Origin: Candidatus Sulfomarinibacteraceae bacterium
Lineage (GTDB): Bacteria; Acidobacteriota; Thermoanaerobaculia; Thermoanaerobaculales; Sulfomarinibacteraceae
DNA length: 64,000 nt
Assembly (NCBI GenBank): GCA_963796455.1
Contig: CAWCLO010000004.1
Location: 768,001-832,000, forward strand
Direction of reading: 5' to 3'
A program made the position numbers and the translations under genes. Below are positions 28,008 through 38,156 of the stretch, in pieces. Below the pieces are notes generated by a model, which made no database searches, had not been told where the DNA came from, and worked only from the letters and a program-made list of their open reading frames with translations. Numbering within the stretch: the first letter of the stretch is position 1; every line of letters starts with the position of its first letter.

Positions 28008-28994
28008 CTACTCCCGCGGAGCACGCTCCTCGGGAGATTCGACCTCGCTTCGTTCCGGGAGAAGAAAGACCAACCCGGCAGCCAGGGATGCGACGTAGAT
28101 CCAGGCCAGACCCGCCAAGGCCAGGGTCGTGGCCTGATCGGCTGGGAGCCCCATTTCGGTGAAAAACGCCGCCAGAGTGATCTCCCGCGTTCCCAGACCG
28201 CTGATCGAGATCGGGAGGGTGCAAGCCAGGTTGTACAACGGCAGAAAGACGAGCAGCTCACCCAGATTGATCTTGATACCGAGCCCAGAAGCCAGGGTGA
28301 AGATCGCCACCGCCACGCTCGCCTTCATCAGAACCGAGTAAAACACCATCGCCGCGAGCAACCCGGGACGCGACACGAACTCCCGTAACGAGGCCGAGAG
28401 ATCCGCGATCATTTTTCCGGCTCGCCGCCAACCGACGGCCCTGGATATTCGCTGACACAGATGGGAAACGCGAGAATTGGCGGCAATCAGAAATGCCGCC
28501 ACAAAAACCACGAACATCAGGACCACTGCTGCTGCCAGACCCGGATGGCGGCTGCCGAAGTCGGTCACGATGAGAGCTGGAATCGCGAGCACGAATGTGC
28601 CGAGAAAACCGCAATAGCGTTCGATGGCGATGATCCCGGTAGATTTGAGCACACCGGCCGTTTCGTTCTTCGTCCCATAAACCCGAACTACGTCTCCTCC
28701 GATCGCGCTCGGTAGGAAAAGATTGACGAAATAACCGGCGATGACCAGACGAAGCAGACGGGGCAAACCGATTTCGACGTCCAGAGTCTGCAGCGCCAGC
28801 TGCCAGCGCAATGTGTGCGCGACAGCTGTTCCGAACCAGGCGAGTGAGGTGATGAGGAAGACCCAGGGCGGTATCTGTTTGAACCGGGCGAGTACCTCGC
28901 CGAGATCGACGAAACGTGCAAGGACCGCCACCAGGGCCACCCCGACCGCGAGCCTGAGGATCGACCGCATCCAGAATCTTCCCGTGAACCTCAT
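28008..28994 (-). CDS. Lysylphosphatidylglycerol-synthase-TM / UPF0104 flippase-like membrane protein
   Basis: LRWQLAL, GYFVNLFLPSAIGGDVVR, LPISISGLGTRE; ATGA overlap with the GT4 gene. Confidence 0.85.
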   Translation of the reverse strand: MRFTGRFWMRSILRLAVGVALVAVLARFVDLGEVLARFKQIPPWVFLITSLAWFGTAVAHTLRWQLALQTLDVEIGLPRLLRLVIAGYFVNLFLPSAIGGDVVRVYGTKNETAGVLKSTGIIAIERYCGFLGTFVLAIPALIVTDFGSRHPGLAAAVVLMFVVFVAAFLIAANSRVSHLCQRISRAVGWRRAGKMIADLSASLREFVSRPGLLAAMVFYSVLMKASVAVAIFTLASGLGIKINLGELLVFLPLYNLACTLPISISGLGTREITLAAFFTEMGLPADQATTLALAGLAWIYVASLAAGLVFLLPERSEVESPEERAPRE

Positions 28995-30193
28995 GGATTC
29001 TGCTGCTCCTGAGAGGCGTGCGTGCCGGTCGCCGCGGCCACTGCCTGGCGAAGCCGTTTGCTGAAGATCTCTTCGGAAGTGATCGAAGCCACCCTTTCCC
29101 GAGCCCTCCGGACAAGATCTGCGGACTGCGACTCGTCGCCGGCCGCCCACCGCATTCCCTCAACCAACCCATCTTCAGTCGCTTCAACCAGAATCGAGCA
29201 GTCCTCGTCGAGCACCTGGGTATGGGTTGTCAGCCGCGTCGCTACGATTGGGCTGCCGGAGTGCATGTAGTCGTAGATCTTCATCGGTGTGTTGGAGCCG
29301 GAAACCCTCGGAGCGACGACCACATCGGCGATTCGATAAAGACCCGGAAGGTCGTGCGGATCGATCGTTCCGAGAAAACTCACATTGGGGCTTCGGGCCG
29401 CCATTTTTTCGACCTCGTCGGGTCGCCCGCCGGCGATCACCAATGACCCGTCGAGGCCTTCCCGGCGCAGGCGGGCAAATGCCGCCACCAGGAGATCGAC
29501 GCCCTGGTGGGATCCGAGATTTCCCACATAGAGGAAAACCGGGGGTAGCAGCGGGAGAGTTTCATCCCACGGAAAAGGAGGTGCTGACCGGATCTTTTCC
29601 GCCGTGACCAGGGGAAGATCGGGAACCGTGATGACGCACTTTTGCGGCGAGATCGCCGCCACCCGTTCGGCGTATGCCCGGCACTGCACAACCACGACCG
29701 CGGCGACCCCCACACATCGCGTCTCGGCGAAGTGACCCAAACCCACCAGTCTCCTGAACCGGGGGTTGAGTTCGAATTGTTCGCCGATGCTGGCGTCCAT
29801 GTCGTAGATCACGGGGCAGGGCAGGAGCCATGCGAGCAGCCAACACAAAAACGCGGACTCATCGAGGGCGAATACCATGTCGTAGGTCTTGCCGATTCGC
29901 AATCGTCCGGCCAGGAGACGCCAAAGAAGCTGCAGGAAAATGGCGCTGTCGAGTGCGGCCTTTCCGAGGCTGGCCCCAAACGAGACCTTGCGAATCGGCA
30001 ACCATCTGCCGCAGCGGATGATCTTCAGCCCGGGCATTTCTCTGTCCTGGCCGAAGGGAAAGGTCAGAAGATCGATCTGATGGCCGTCATTGGTCAAGTG
30101 TTCGATGGTGTCACGGGTCACGAGCGGTGCGCCGCGAACGCTGAAAAACGGTGTTGGTGCCAGATAGAGGATGTTCATTGTTGTTGCTATCAC
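28991..30193 (-). CDS. Glycosyltransferase family 4
   Basis: YVGNLGSHQGVDLL, ADVVVAPR, PMKIYDYMHSGSPIVAT. Confidence 0.88.
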   Translation of the reverse strand: MIATTMNILYLAPTPFFSVRGAPLVTRDTIEHLTNDGHQIDLLTFPFGQDREMPGLKIIRCGRWLPIRKVSFGASLGKAALDSAIFLQLLWRLLAGRLRIGKTYDMVFALDESAFLCWLLAWLLPCPVIYDMDASIGEQFELNPRFRRLVGLGHFAETRCVGVAAVVVVQCRAYAERVAAISPQKCVITVPDLPLVTAEKIRSAPPFPWDETLPLLPPVFLYVGNLGSHQGVDLLVAAFARLRREGLDGSLVIAGGRPDEVEKMAARSPNVSFLGTIDPHDLPGLYRIADVVVAPRVSGSNTPMKIYDYMHSGSPIVATRLTTHTQVLDEDCSILVEATEDGLVEGMRWAAGDESQSADLVRRARERVASITSEEIFSKRLRQAVAAATGTHASQEQQNP

Positions 30194-30297
30194 TCGCGGC
30201 CGGTATCTCGATCATGCCCCATTCCAGCCGCCCGTACAAGCCGTGCCGCATCGTGAGACAATGGACCTCCGGCTAAGCCCACACCCTTGGAGGGGAA

Positions 30298-31197
30298 TTG
30301 CAGAAGAGACGCGCCGAAGACCTCCCGCCGCCGATCACCGTCGTGGTTCCGTGCTTCAACGAGAAGGATGCGATCCAATCAATCCTTTCCAGGTTGGAAG
30401 TCATCGTCCGCGATATCGGTGGAGAAATCGTCGCGGTGGATGACGGTTCGACCGATGGGACCGCTGCGATTCTCGACGAGATCGAAGGCCAGGCCAGCAA
30501 CGAAGATGGCGTGATCCGGGTGATCCATCATCGGCGCAATCAGGGCTACGGTGCAGCTATCAAGAGCGGTGTCAGGAGAGCCCGGTTTCAGTGGATCGTG
30601 ATCACCGACGCCGACGGGACCTATCCCAATGACCGGATTTACGATCTGGTCAAAGAGGCGACGGATGCCGACATGGCGGTGGGCGCCCGGACTGAGGGGG
30701 ATGGCGGTCAACCCTGGCTGCGGAGGTTTGCAAAATCTATTCTCAGAGCTCATTGCTCATGGCTGGTGGGCGAGCCGATTCCGGATATGAACTCTGGTCT
30801 CCGGATCTTCCGCAAGACCATTTTTGAACAATTCGCAAAAATCCTTCCCGATGGTTTCTCGCTGACCACGACCATCACGGTGGCCATGATGAGGAGCCGG
30901 TACCGGGTCGTTTTCATACCCATCGATTACGCCGAGCGCGTCGGTAGTTCGAAGATCCGGCCGATCAGAGACAGTGTCGGCTTCTTCCAGTTGATCATCC
31001 GGACCGGGATGTACTTCGCCCCGCTTCGGGTTCTTCTTCCGGTCGCCACCGTGCTTTTTCTACTTTTCGCGGGGAGTCTCGGCTACGACGTCTTTGTACT
31101 TCAGAATCTGACGGACAAGACCATCCTGCTTTTTTTGTTCACCGTCAACACGATTCTTTTCGGCATGCTGGCCGACATGATCGACAAACGAAGTTAG
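30298..31197 (+). CDS. Glycosyltransferase family 2 (polyprenol-phosphate glycosyltransferase-like)
   Basis: VVVPCFNE, VDDGSTDGT, NQGYGAA, TDADGTY; C-terminal TM segments. Confidence 0.9.
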   Translation: MQKRRAEDLPPPITVVVPCFNEKDAIQSILSRLEVIVRDIGGEIVAVDDGSTDGTAAILDEIEGQASNEDGVIRVIHHRRNQGYGAAIKSGVRRARFQWIVITDADGTYPNDRIYDLVKEATDADMAVGARTEGDGGQPWLRRFAKSILRAHCSWLVGEPIPDMNSGLRIFRKTIFEQFAKILPDGFSLTTTITVAMMRSRYRVVFIPIDYAERVGSSKIRPIRDSVGFFQLIIRTGMYFAPLRVLLPVATVLFLLFAGSLGYDVFVLQNLTDKTILLFLFTVNTILFGMLADMIDKRS

Positions 31198-31200
31198 CGA

Positions 31201-33192
31201 CTATTCCTTCACCAGCGATCTGATCTCCCACCAACGTCCGTCGGCAAACGGCCGGGTGTGATCGGCAAGAAACCGATCGAGCCGCTGACGGGCCTCCTCG
31301 GTCGGACATTCGAGATACTCCGCACGACCGCCGGCCTCAGCGAGGCGGGTCGCTTCTGCCTGGTTCCACAGAATATGGGTGACGCCAAGACCCTCGAGGT
31401 GCTCCGCGATCTGTTGCGATGTCTCCGAATTTTGCGCCAGCGTTACCAGAAGCGGTTCACGAAAACCGTCTTCAACGATCACATCGCGATCGATGCCGTA
31501 GGCCCTCGGTTCGCCCACCAACAGGACCTTGGCCGCGGCAGGAAGTTGTTCGTTGGCTGCGAGATTCGGCTCATAGGAGGTGACGCGGAGCGATAGAAAC
31601 TCCTGTTCGTCGCGAACCCCGAAGGCGCACTCGAGCTGGCTTTGCAGGTACTCGGCACGATAGGGGCTGCAGTTTGCAATCAGGAGCACATAGAGAGCAA
31701 TCGAAAAGACACCCCGACTGACGCGGTTGAGTTGGGGGATGAGGTCATTCCACGCCGCACCCACGAGGGCGCTCAGCACTGCCAGAGTCGGAACGAGGTA
31801 GCGGCCCAGGGTCGGGCCGATCGCCCAGAAGAAAAGGCTCAAGACGAAGACCCCGAAAACCGCCCAGACCCGCGGCTCTCTGTGCCTCCTCCAGACCCAG
31901 AAGAGAGCCAACGGCAGCAGCCACAGATGGATCGGACCGATGTCCCCGGCGTGCCCGCGGCGGGAAAAGGTCCCGAGCGAAAGCCCCTGGTTGATTTTCT
32001 CGGGGCCGATTTCAAAATCGCCAATCTTTTCTGCGACCTCTGTTTCGTCCCGGTCGACGCCGAGTGTCTGGAATAGAGCCTGCAGGTAGGGGTGCACCGG
32101 GTTACCGGTCAACAGGGCATTGCGGAGGAGCCAGGGACCGAAAGAGAGACCGACTGCGAGACCGAAGGCCAGGGCGTGGATCCCCACCCGACGGAGTCGC
32201 GAGGGAGCCGCCTGATCGGCGAACACCAGCAACACTCCCATACACGCGAGAGGGATCACGAACTGACCGATCGCGGTATATTTGCAGCCGGCGCTGAAGC
32301 CCGCCAGAAGACCTGCAGTCACGATCCAGCGGAGGGACCGGTCCTGATTTCGGTACATTTCGAGGAGAGCGATCAGCCCGCCGATTCCGAATGCCGCCAC
32401 TCCGAGATCGGAACCGGCCAGGGCTCCGAGTTGGACGAAAGCCGGAGTGGCCGTCAAGACGACGGCCGCAAGCAGCCGGCCGAAGCTTCGTGCGCCCAAC
32501 TGTTTCGCCACGGCGGCCGATCCCCCGGCGGCGAGAAAACCGAACCACCAATGGGAAACCTGAGCGCCCCACGGGCCCGGACCTGCCAGGCTGTAGAGAT
32601 AAAGCAGCCCCGAGTTGGCGGGCATGAACGAGAACCCGTGCAGAGGATAGGTGACGACTGTTCCTGCGCGAAGCCACTGATATGGGAAAGCGAGATGGTA
32701 GTTCCATTGATCGTAAAAGGGGGCGAAGCTCGTGGCAGCGATCAGGGTCAGGGCGCTCGCGCCTAAAAAGATCAAAGCCGGTGGAAGTTCCTGCCAGCTG
32801 CGGTCAGCGGACCATTCAGGCCGCAGTCGAGACAGGAGAACGGCTCCGCGACAGGTCCATCCGGTGAGCACGATCAGAAGAAGCGACGGATAGGCCAGGT
32901 GCACGAGCGCAAGCAGGCCGGCGCAGGCAATCAATACAGCGGTGCCCAAAGTGAGGGTGATGATGACGTGCTCGAGACCGAGATCATCCGATGCAAAAAG
33001 CCAGCGGGCGCAGAGGCTCCCGGCGCCCCAGCAAGCGACGCCGATAACGGTAGCCCACAGGGAGGCAAGAAACAGGGGATAGACCGCGCTGATTGCCGGC
33101 AGCCATCCGTAGAGGGTCAGCACCAGACCGGCTGCAACGGCCAGGATTGCCGTGACAATTAAAGGGAACCGGTCGGTCTTTGCCTGAGCCAT
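31201..33192 (-). CDS. Polytopic membrane protein, GT-C (ArnT/PMT-like) glycosyltransferase candidate
   Basis: Many TM segments, YDQWNYHL, GCKYT, PWLLRNALLTGNPVHP, RYLVP; next to GT2/GT4/flippase. Confidence 0.65.
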   Translation of the reverse strand: MAQAKTDRFPLIVTAILAVAAGLVLTLYGWLPAISAVYPLFLASLWATVIGVACWGAGSLCARWLFASDDLGLEHVIITLTLGTAVLIACAGLLALVHLAYPSLLLIVLTGWTCRGAVLLSRLRPEWSADRSWQELPPALIFLGASALTLIAATSFAPFYDQWNYHLAFPYQWLRAGTVVTYPLHGFSFMPANSGLLYLYSLAGPGPWGAQVSHWWFGFLAAGGSAAVAKQLGARSFGRLLAAVVLTATPAFVQLGALAGSDLGVAAFGIGGLIALLEMYRNQDRSLRWIVTAGLLAGFSAGCKYTAIGQFVIPLACMGVLLVFADQAAPSRLRRVGIHALAFGLAVGLSFGPWLLRNALLTGNPVHPYLQALFQTLGVDRDETEVAEKIGDFEIGPEKINQGLSLGTFSRRGHAGDIGPIHLWLLPLALFWVWRRHREPRVWAVFGVFVLSLFFWAIGPTLGRYLVPTLAVLSALVGAAWNDLIPQLNRVSRGVFSIALYVLLIANCSPYRAEYLQSQLECAFGVRDEQEFLSLRVTSYEPNLAANEQLPAAAKVLLVGEPRAYGIDRDVIVEDGFREPLLVTLAQNSETSQQIAEHLEGLGVTHILWNQAEATRLAEAGGRAEYLECPTEEARQRLDRFLADHTRPFADGRWWEIRSLVKE

Positions 33193-33242
33193 CTACTCGA
33201 TCGTATCGCAGCAGGCCCGCACCTTTTGCTTCATCCGCGGGA

Positions 33243-34676
33243 TCAAACGGTCCTCGAATACACCGGCCCGTCGCTGGGCTGATCGAGGTAGGCGTCGAAA
33301 GGCATGCAGATATTGCGGAGAAAAAACCGTCCGGTGTCGCTGACCCTGAGACCGTGGTCGTCCATTTCAAGCAGACCATCTGCCCGCATCGTGTCGAGCT
33401 GCGACAGTGCCGCCGCGAAATGCGATCGAGGGTCTACCTGGAAGTGCTCTTCGACCCACCGGTAGTCCAGTTTGAGGGTGCAGATGATGCGGTTGATCAC
33501 CGCGCGTCGAAGTTCGTCCTCGGCGGAGCGAAGGATTCCCCGTTCAACCGGCAGTCGGCCCGAGGCCACGGTGCGTTCGTATTCGGCGAGTTTTTTCCGG
33601 TTGGCGACGAATGCTCCGGCCACATCACCGATGGAGCTGACGCCGATCCCCACCTGATCGGATGCAGGCATTGTCGTATAGCCCATAAAATTGCGGTGTA
33701 CCCGATCCTGCTCGAGCGATTGAGCCAACTCGTCGCCAGGTCGCGCAAAATGATCAAACCCGACAAAACGGTAGCCGGCTTCAGTGAACTCCTGGGCCGC
33801 ACCGACAAAGATCCTGAATTTGTTCCAGCCCGCGGGCATCGGCATCGTTTCGAGCTGTCGTTGGTGGGGCTTGATCCACGGCACGTGGGCATAGGAAAAA
33901 CAGGCTACGCGATCGGGCTCGAGCTCTCGAATCACTGTTCGGACGGTGCGGCGGAACTGTTCCTCGTCCTGGCCGGGGAGGCCATAGACGAGATCGATAT
34001 TGACCGATTGGAATCCCAGTCGCCTCGCCTCGGTCACATGATCGAGGGTGAGCTCCAGTGGTTGGATCCTTTTGATCGCCTCCTGGACGGAGTGGTCGAG
34101 ATCCTGGACGCCCATGGATACGCGATTGAAGCCGAGCTGCCGCAGTGTCGCGAGGTGATCATGGGTTGTCACGCAGGGATCGATCTCGAGGGCGATCTCA
34201 GCGTCCTCGGTGAGTTCGAATCTGGATGAGATGTCTGCAAACAAATGGGAGCATTGCTCGGGCGACAGATAGGTCGGGGTTCCGCCTCCCCAATGGAGCT
34301 GGTTGAGCAAGCGCCTCGGACCGAGCGCGCCCTGCAGGAGATCGAGTTCCGCCGCCACCACTTCGAGGTAGGCCTTCTCCGGTCCCCGCCGCGGCGAGAT
34401 CACCACGTTGCATCCGCAGAAGGTGCACCTTTCTTCGCAAAAGGGAAGGTGGACGTACATCGACAAGGTTTCATCGGGGCGTTCGGCGGCCGCCCGCAAT
34501 CGTTCCCGGTAGGCCACCTCGTCAAAATCCGGACTGAAATGGGGGGCGGTGGGGTAGGAGGTGTAGCGCGGACCCGGCTTGTCATAGCGGGCCAACAGAT
34601 CGGGCGACAGTGTGGACAGATCGAGCGTCACGCTCTTCGCCCGGCGCTCGGCTTCGAATTTCGGATTTCCGTCCAC
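33243..34676 (-). CDS. hemN: Oxygen-independent coproporphyrinogen III oxidase
   Basis: GPRYTSYPTA, YVHLPFCEERCTFCGCN, HWGGGTPT, HRNFMGYT. Confidence 0.95.
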   Translation of the reverse strand: MDGNPKFEAERRAKSVTLDLSTLSPDLLARYDKPGPRYTSYPTAPHFSPDFDEVAYRERLRAAAERPDETLSMYVHLPFCEERCTFCGCNVVISPRRGPEKAYLEVVAAELDLLQGALGPRRLLNQLHWGGGTPTYLSPEQCSHLFADISSRFELTEDAEIALEIDPCVTTHDHLATLRQLGFNRVSMGVQDLDHSVQEAIKRIQPLELTLDHVTEARRLGFQSVNIDLVYGLPGQDEEQFRRTVRTVIRELEPDRVACFSYAHVPWIKPHQRQLETMPMPAGWNKFRIFVGAAQEFTEAGYRFVGFDHFARPGDELAQSLEQDRVHRNFMGYTTMPASDQVGIGVSSIGDVAGAFVANRKKLAEYERTVASGRLPVERGILRSAEDELRRAVINRIICTLKLDYRWVEEHFQVDPRSHFAAALSQLDTMRADGLLEMDDHGLRVSDTGRFFLRNICMPFDAYLDQPSDGPVYSRTV

Positions 34677-34740
34677 TCTCCTTGAAAGTCTTCTGAAGGC
34701 AGTGCGACAAATTCGAAATTCGAAATCCGAAATCCGAAAT
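34653..34740. repeat. Heptamer array (AAATYCG)x4-5 after the hemE stop, with an inverted partner inside the hemN 5' end
   Basis: aaattcg aaattcg aaatccg aaatccg aaat (34709-34740) versus ttcgaatttcggattt (34654-34669). Confidence 0.75.
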
Positions 34741-35759
34741 CAGTTGCCATATCGAAAACCCTGCACGGTCCTGACGAAGGCCTCCATCGCGTGGACCGGC
34801 ACGTCGGGTGTGATGCCGTGGCCCAGGTTCGCGATGTATCCGGTTGTTGGTGCGCTCTTCAGCATGGCCGTGGCACGTCGTTCGATCTCTTCATCCGGGC
34901 CCATCAGGGATCCCGGGTCGAGGTTGCCCTGAAGCGCGTGGCCGGGCAGTGCCGCGGCCGCCCTGCGAAGATCCACACGCCAGTCGAGACCGAGGACCTC
35001 ACACGGCATATCAGGGAGGTCGTGCAGAAGGTGGGCGCCACCGTTGGCAAAGTAGATCCTCGGCACGCCGAGACTCTTGGTTGCTTCGAGAAGGCGTCGT
35101 GCCGGTCGAAGCGCCCATCGGCGGGCATCGTCCGCTCCGAGGGCTCCGACCCAGGAATCGAAGATCTGCACCGCCTGGGCGCCGTGTTCGACCTGCGTCG
35201 CGAGGTAGGCCGCCATCGCATCGGCGAGAGTGTTCAGCAGACTTTCGAATGCTTCGGGGTGGTGCAGCGCGAAGGACTTGACCTTGGTGAAGCTGCGCGA
35301 AGTCCCACCCTCCACCAGATATGAGGCCAGGGTCCACGGTGCGCCGCAGAAGCCGATCAACGCGGTTTCGTCGTCGAGATCGGAACGGACGAGCGCCAAC
35401 GTCTGCGACAGGAACTCGGTACCGGCCCAGGGCTCCGGAATCGACAGCCTCGCAAGGTCTTCGGGCCTGCGGATCGGGTTGTTGATGTGGGGAGCCGGAC
35501 TGAAGCTGAGTTCGATCCCCATGGGAACCAAGGGGGTCAGAATGTCCGAAAAGACGATCGCCGCATCGAGCCCGAATCGCCGGATCGGTTGCAGTGTCAC
35601 TTCTGAAGCGATCTCGGGGGTTCGGCACATGGTGAGGAAATCGCCGCTCTTCTTGCGGATTTCCCGGTACTCCGGCAGATAGCGTCCCGCCTGGCGCATG
35701 ACCCACACCGGCGGCCGATCGACGGTCTCGCGCCTGCACGCACGCAGAAAACGGTTCAC
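34740..35759 (-). CDS. hemE: Uroporphyrinogen decarboxylase
   Basis: PVWVMRQAGRYLPEY, FSDIL, QIFDSW, LQGNLDP, NLGHG. Confidence 0.96.
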   Translation of the reverse strand: MNRFLRACRRETVDRPPVWVMRQAGRYLPEYREIRKKSGDFLTMCRTPEIASEVTLQPIRRFGLDAAIVFSDILTPLVPMGIELSFSPAPHINNPIRRPEDLARLSIPEPWAGTEFLSQTLALVRSDLDDETALIGFCGAPWTLASYLVEGGTSRSFTKVKSFALHHPEAFESLLNTLADAMAAYLATQVEHGAQAVQIFDSWVGALGADDARRWALRPARRLLEATKSLGVPRIYFANGGAHLLHDLPDMPCEVLGLDWRVDLRRAAAALPGHALQGNLDPGSLMGPDEEIERRATAMLKSAPTTGYIANLGHGITPDVPVHAMEAFVRTVQGFRYGN

Positions 35760-35785
35760 GAGCGGTGCCCTCGATTTCTGAAACG

Positions 35786-35877
35786 GAATATCGAATTTTG
35801 AATTTTGAAGACTGAATCCTCAGTTCCTGGAGGCCAGGAGGATGAAAATCCGAAATCCGAAATTCGAAATTCGAAAC
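35786..35877. repeat. Inverted pair of heptamer arrays between hemL and hemE
   Basis: cgaattttgaattttgaa ... aaatccgaaatccgaaattcgaaattcgaaac. Confidence 0.8.
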
Positions 35878-37176
35878 TCATTTCATGTCCCTCAGCACCG
35901 CTTCAAAGATCTCGACCGTCTGATCAATGACCTCCTCGTCATGGGCCAGTGAGACAAACATGACCTCGTAGGCCGACGGTGCGAGCGAGACCCCGTGGTC
36001 GAGGAGCGCGCCGTGAAGCGTTGCGTAGGTTTCGGCAGCGGCGGGATCGATGTCTTCGAATCGTCGCGGCGGATCACCATCCTGGAGCGCCAGCCACAGG
36101 ATCGAACCGACCCTGACCACTGTCCACGGCAGATCGACATCATCAATGGCACTCTGAAGTCCCGTTTGCAGTCTGTCGCCAATTTCGTCGAGGCGGGTGT
36201 AGGCGGCGCCGTCGTTTTCGAAGAGACGATTGAGGGTTGCCGTTCCGGCGGCCATCGCCACCGGGTTGCCGGAAAGAGTTCCGGCCTGGTAGACCGCCCC
36301 CAGCGGCGCCAGGTGTTCCATCAGTTCGCGGCTCCCTCCATAGGCGCCCACCGGCATGCCGCCTCCGATCACCTTGCCAAAGGTGCTGATATCCGGGGTC
36401 AGACCATAGCGGCCGGCCGCTCCCTGGGGACCGAGGCGGAAGCCGGTGATGACCTCGTCGAGGATGAGCATGGCGCCGCAGCGATCGCACTCGCTGCGCA
36501 ACAGAGCCATGAATTTCGAGCACTGAATCAAGAGCCCCGCGTTGGCCGGGACCCCCTCGATGATCACCGCCGCGATCTCGTCACCGCGCTCTGCCATCAC
36601 TTTGAGGAAGGCTTCGCTGTCGGCAAGAGGGAGGACGATTGTATGGCTGGCAAAGCTTGCCGGGACTCCGTCGGAGGAAGGTGTGCCAAAGGTCGCGAGA
36701 CCCGAACCGGCGGCCACGAGGAGGTGGTCGGCGTGACCGTGATAGCAACCGGTGAATTTGATCACGGCATCGCGGCCGGTGATTCCGCGGGCGAGCCGGA
36801 TGGCCGACATCACGGCCTCAGTTCCCGAGGAGACGAATCGGACGGACTCGACGTGCGGAACCGCCGATGTGACGAGCTCCGCCAACTCCACCTCTTGACG
36901 GCAGGGAGCTCCGAAGGAAAGGCCCGCCACTGCGGTTTCGCTGACCGCTGCCACCGCATCGGGATGGGCGTGGCCGAGGATCAAAGGCCCCCACGAGCAG
37001 ATGTAGTCGATATAGCGGTTACCATCGACATCGAACACGTGACAGCCCGCCCCACGATCGTAGAAGAATGGATCGCCGCCGACGCTCTTGAAGGCCCGTA
37101 CCGGAGAGTTGACCCCGGCCGGCATCACGTCGCAGGCACGGCGATAGAGTTCCTCGGAGCGCCGGCGATCTCTCAC
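35878..37176 (-). CDS. hemL: Glutamate-1-semialdehyde 2,1-aminomutase
   Basis: GVNSPVRAF, SWGPLILGH, DEVITGFR, FGKVIGGGMP, YQAGTLSGNP. Confidence 0.96.
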   Translation of the reverse strand: MRDRRRSEELYRRACDVMPAGVNSPVRAFKSVGGDPFFYDRGAGCHVFDVDGNRYIDYICSWGPLILGHAHPDAVAAVSETAVAGLSFGAPCRQEVELAELVTSAVPHVESVRFVSSGTEAVMSAIRLARGITGRDAVIKFTGCYHGHADHLLVAAGSGLATFGTPSSDGVPASFASHTIVLPLADSEAFLKVMAERGDEIAAVIIEGVPANAGLLIQCSKFMALLRSECDRCGAMLILDEVITGFRLGPQGAAGRYGLTPDISTFGKVIGGGMPVGAYGGSRELMEHLAPLGAVYQAGTLSGNPVAMAAGTATLNRLFENDGAAYTRLDEIGDRLQTGLQSAIDDVDLPWTVVRVGSILWLALQDGDPPRRFEDIDPAAAETYATLHGALLDHGVSLAPSAYEVMFVSLAHDEEVIDQTVEIFEAVLRDMK

Positions 37177-38156
37177 AGCCAGCCCTCCTGCAGCGCCATG
37201 CGGCCGTGGTATGTGATGAGGATGTCGGCACCTGCCCGGCGGAAGGCGTGCCAGTTTTCCAGAACCACCGCACGTTCGTCGATCCAGCCCTTTTCGGCAG
37301 CGGCCTTGACCATGGAGTACTCGCCGGAGACGTTGTAGACGGCCAGCGGTTGGGTAAAGGCCTCGCGGAGATCGGCGACGATGTCGAGAAATGCCAGCGC
37401 CGGTTTGACCATCAGGATATCGGCGCCCTCTTCCACATCGAGTTCCGCCTCGGCCATGGCCTCGCGGCGATTGCGGGTGTCCATCTGATGAGATCGGCGA
37501 TCGCCCGAACTCGGCGCCGAATTGGCCGCCTCGCGAAAAGGACCGTAGTAGGCCGACGCATATTTCACCGAGTAGGACATGATGGCGACATCGGACATAC
37601 CGTCGTCGTCGAGGGCCTCGCGAATCGCCGCGACCCGTCCGTCCATCATGTCCGAGGGGGCCACGATGTCGGCTCCGGCCTGAGCGTGCGCCAGCGCCAT
37701 GGCCGCGAGGTGGGGGAGGGTGGAGTCGTTGTCGACCTTGTCGTTGACGATGAGCCCGCAGTGGCCGTGATTGGTGTAGGCGCAGAGACAGACGTCGGTC
37801 ATCACCAATAGATCGTTTCCATAGGCCTTTTTGAGGGCCGCCACTGCTTCGGAAACCAGATTGTCATCGCTGGCGGCGCCGCTTCCATCCGGTCTCTTGA
37901 CGTCGTTGTCGGGGACCCCGAAGAGGAGCACCGAACGGATACCCAGTTCGAGGTCGCTACCGACCGTTTTCACCAGGTGGTCGACGGACTGGTGGTCGAT
38001 CCCCGGCATGGCGCCGATGGGCTCGGTCACTCCGGTTCCTGGCACGACGAAATGTGGTTGAACCAGCATATTGGAATCCAGCCGGGACTCCGCAACCAGG
38101 TCGCGCAACACGGGATTCATACGAAGACGTCGGGGTCTGATGATCAGCTCTTGCAT
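37173..38156 (-). CDS. hemB: Porphobilinogen synthase (Zn-type)
   Basis: DVCLCAYTNHGHCG, PSDMMDGR, YYGPFREA, MVKPA, YNVSGEY. Confidence 0.96.
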   Translation of the reverse strand: MQELIIRPRRLRMNPVLRDLVAESRLDSNMLVQPHFVVPGTGVTEPIGAMPGIDHQSVDHLVKTVGSDLELGIRSVLLFGVPDNDVKRPDGSGAASDDNLVSEAVAALKKAYGNDLLVMTDVCLCAYTNHGHCGLIVNDKVDNDSTLPHLAAMALAHAQAGADIVAPSDMMDGRVAAIREALDDDGMSDVAIMSYSVKYASAYYGPFREAANSAPSSGDRRSHQMDTRNRREAMAEAELDVEEGADILMVKPALAFLDIVADLREAFTQPLAVYNVSGEYSMVKAAAEKGWIDERAVVLENWHAFRRAGADILITYHGRMALQEGWL

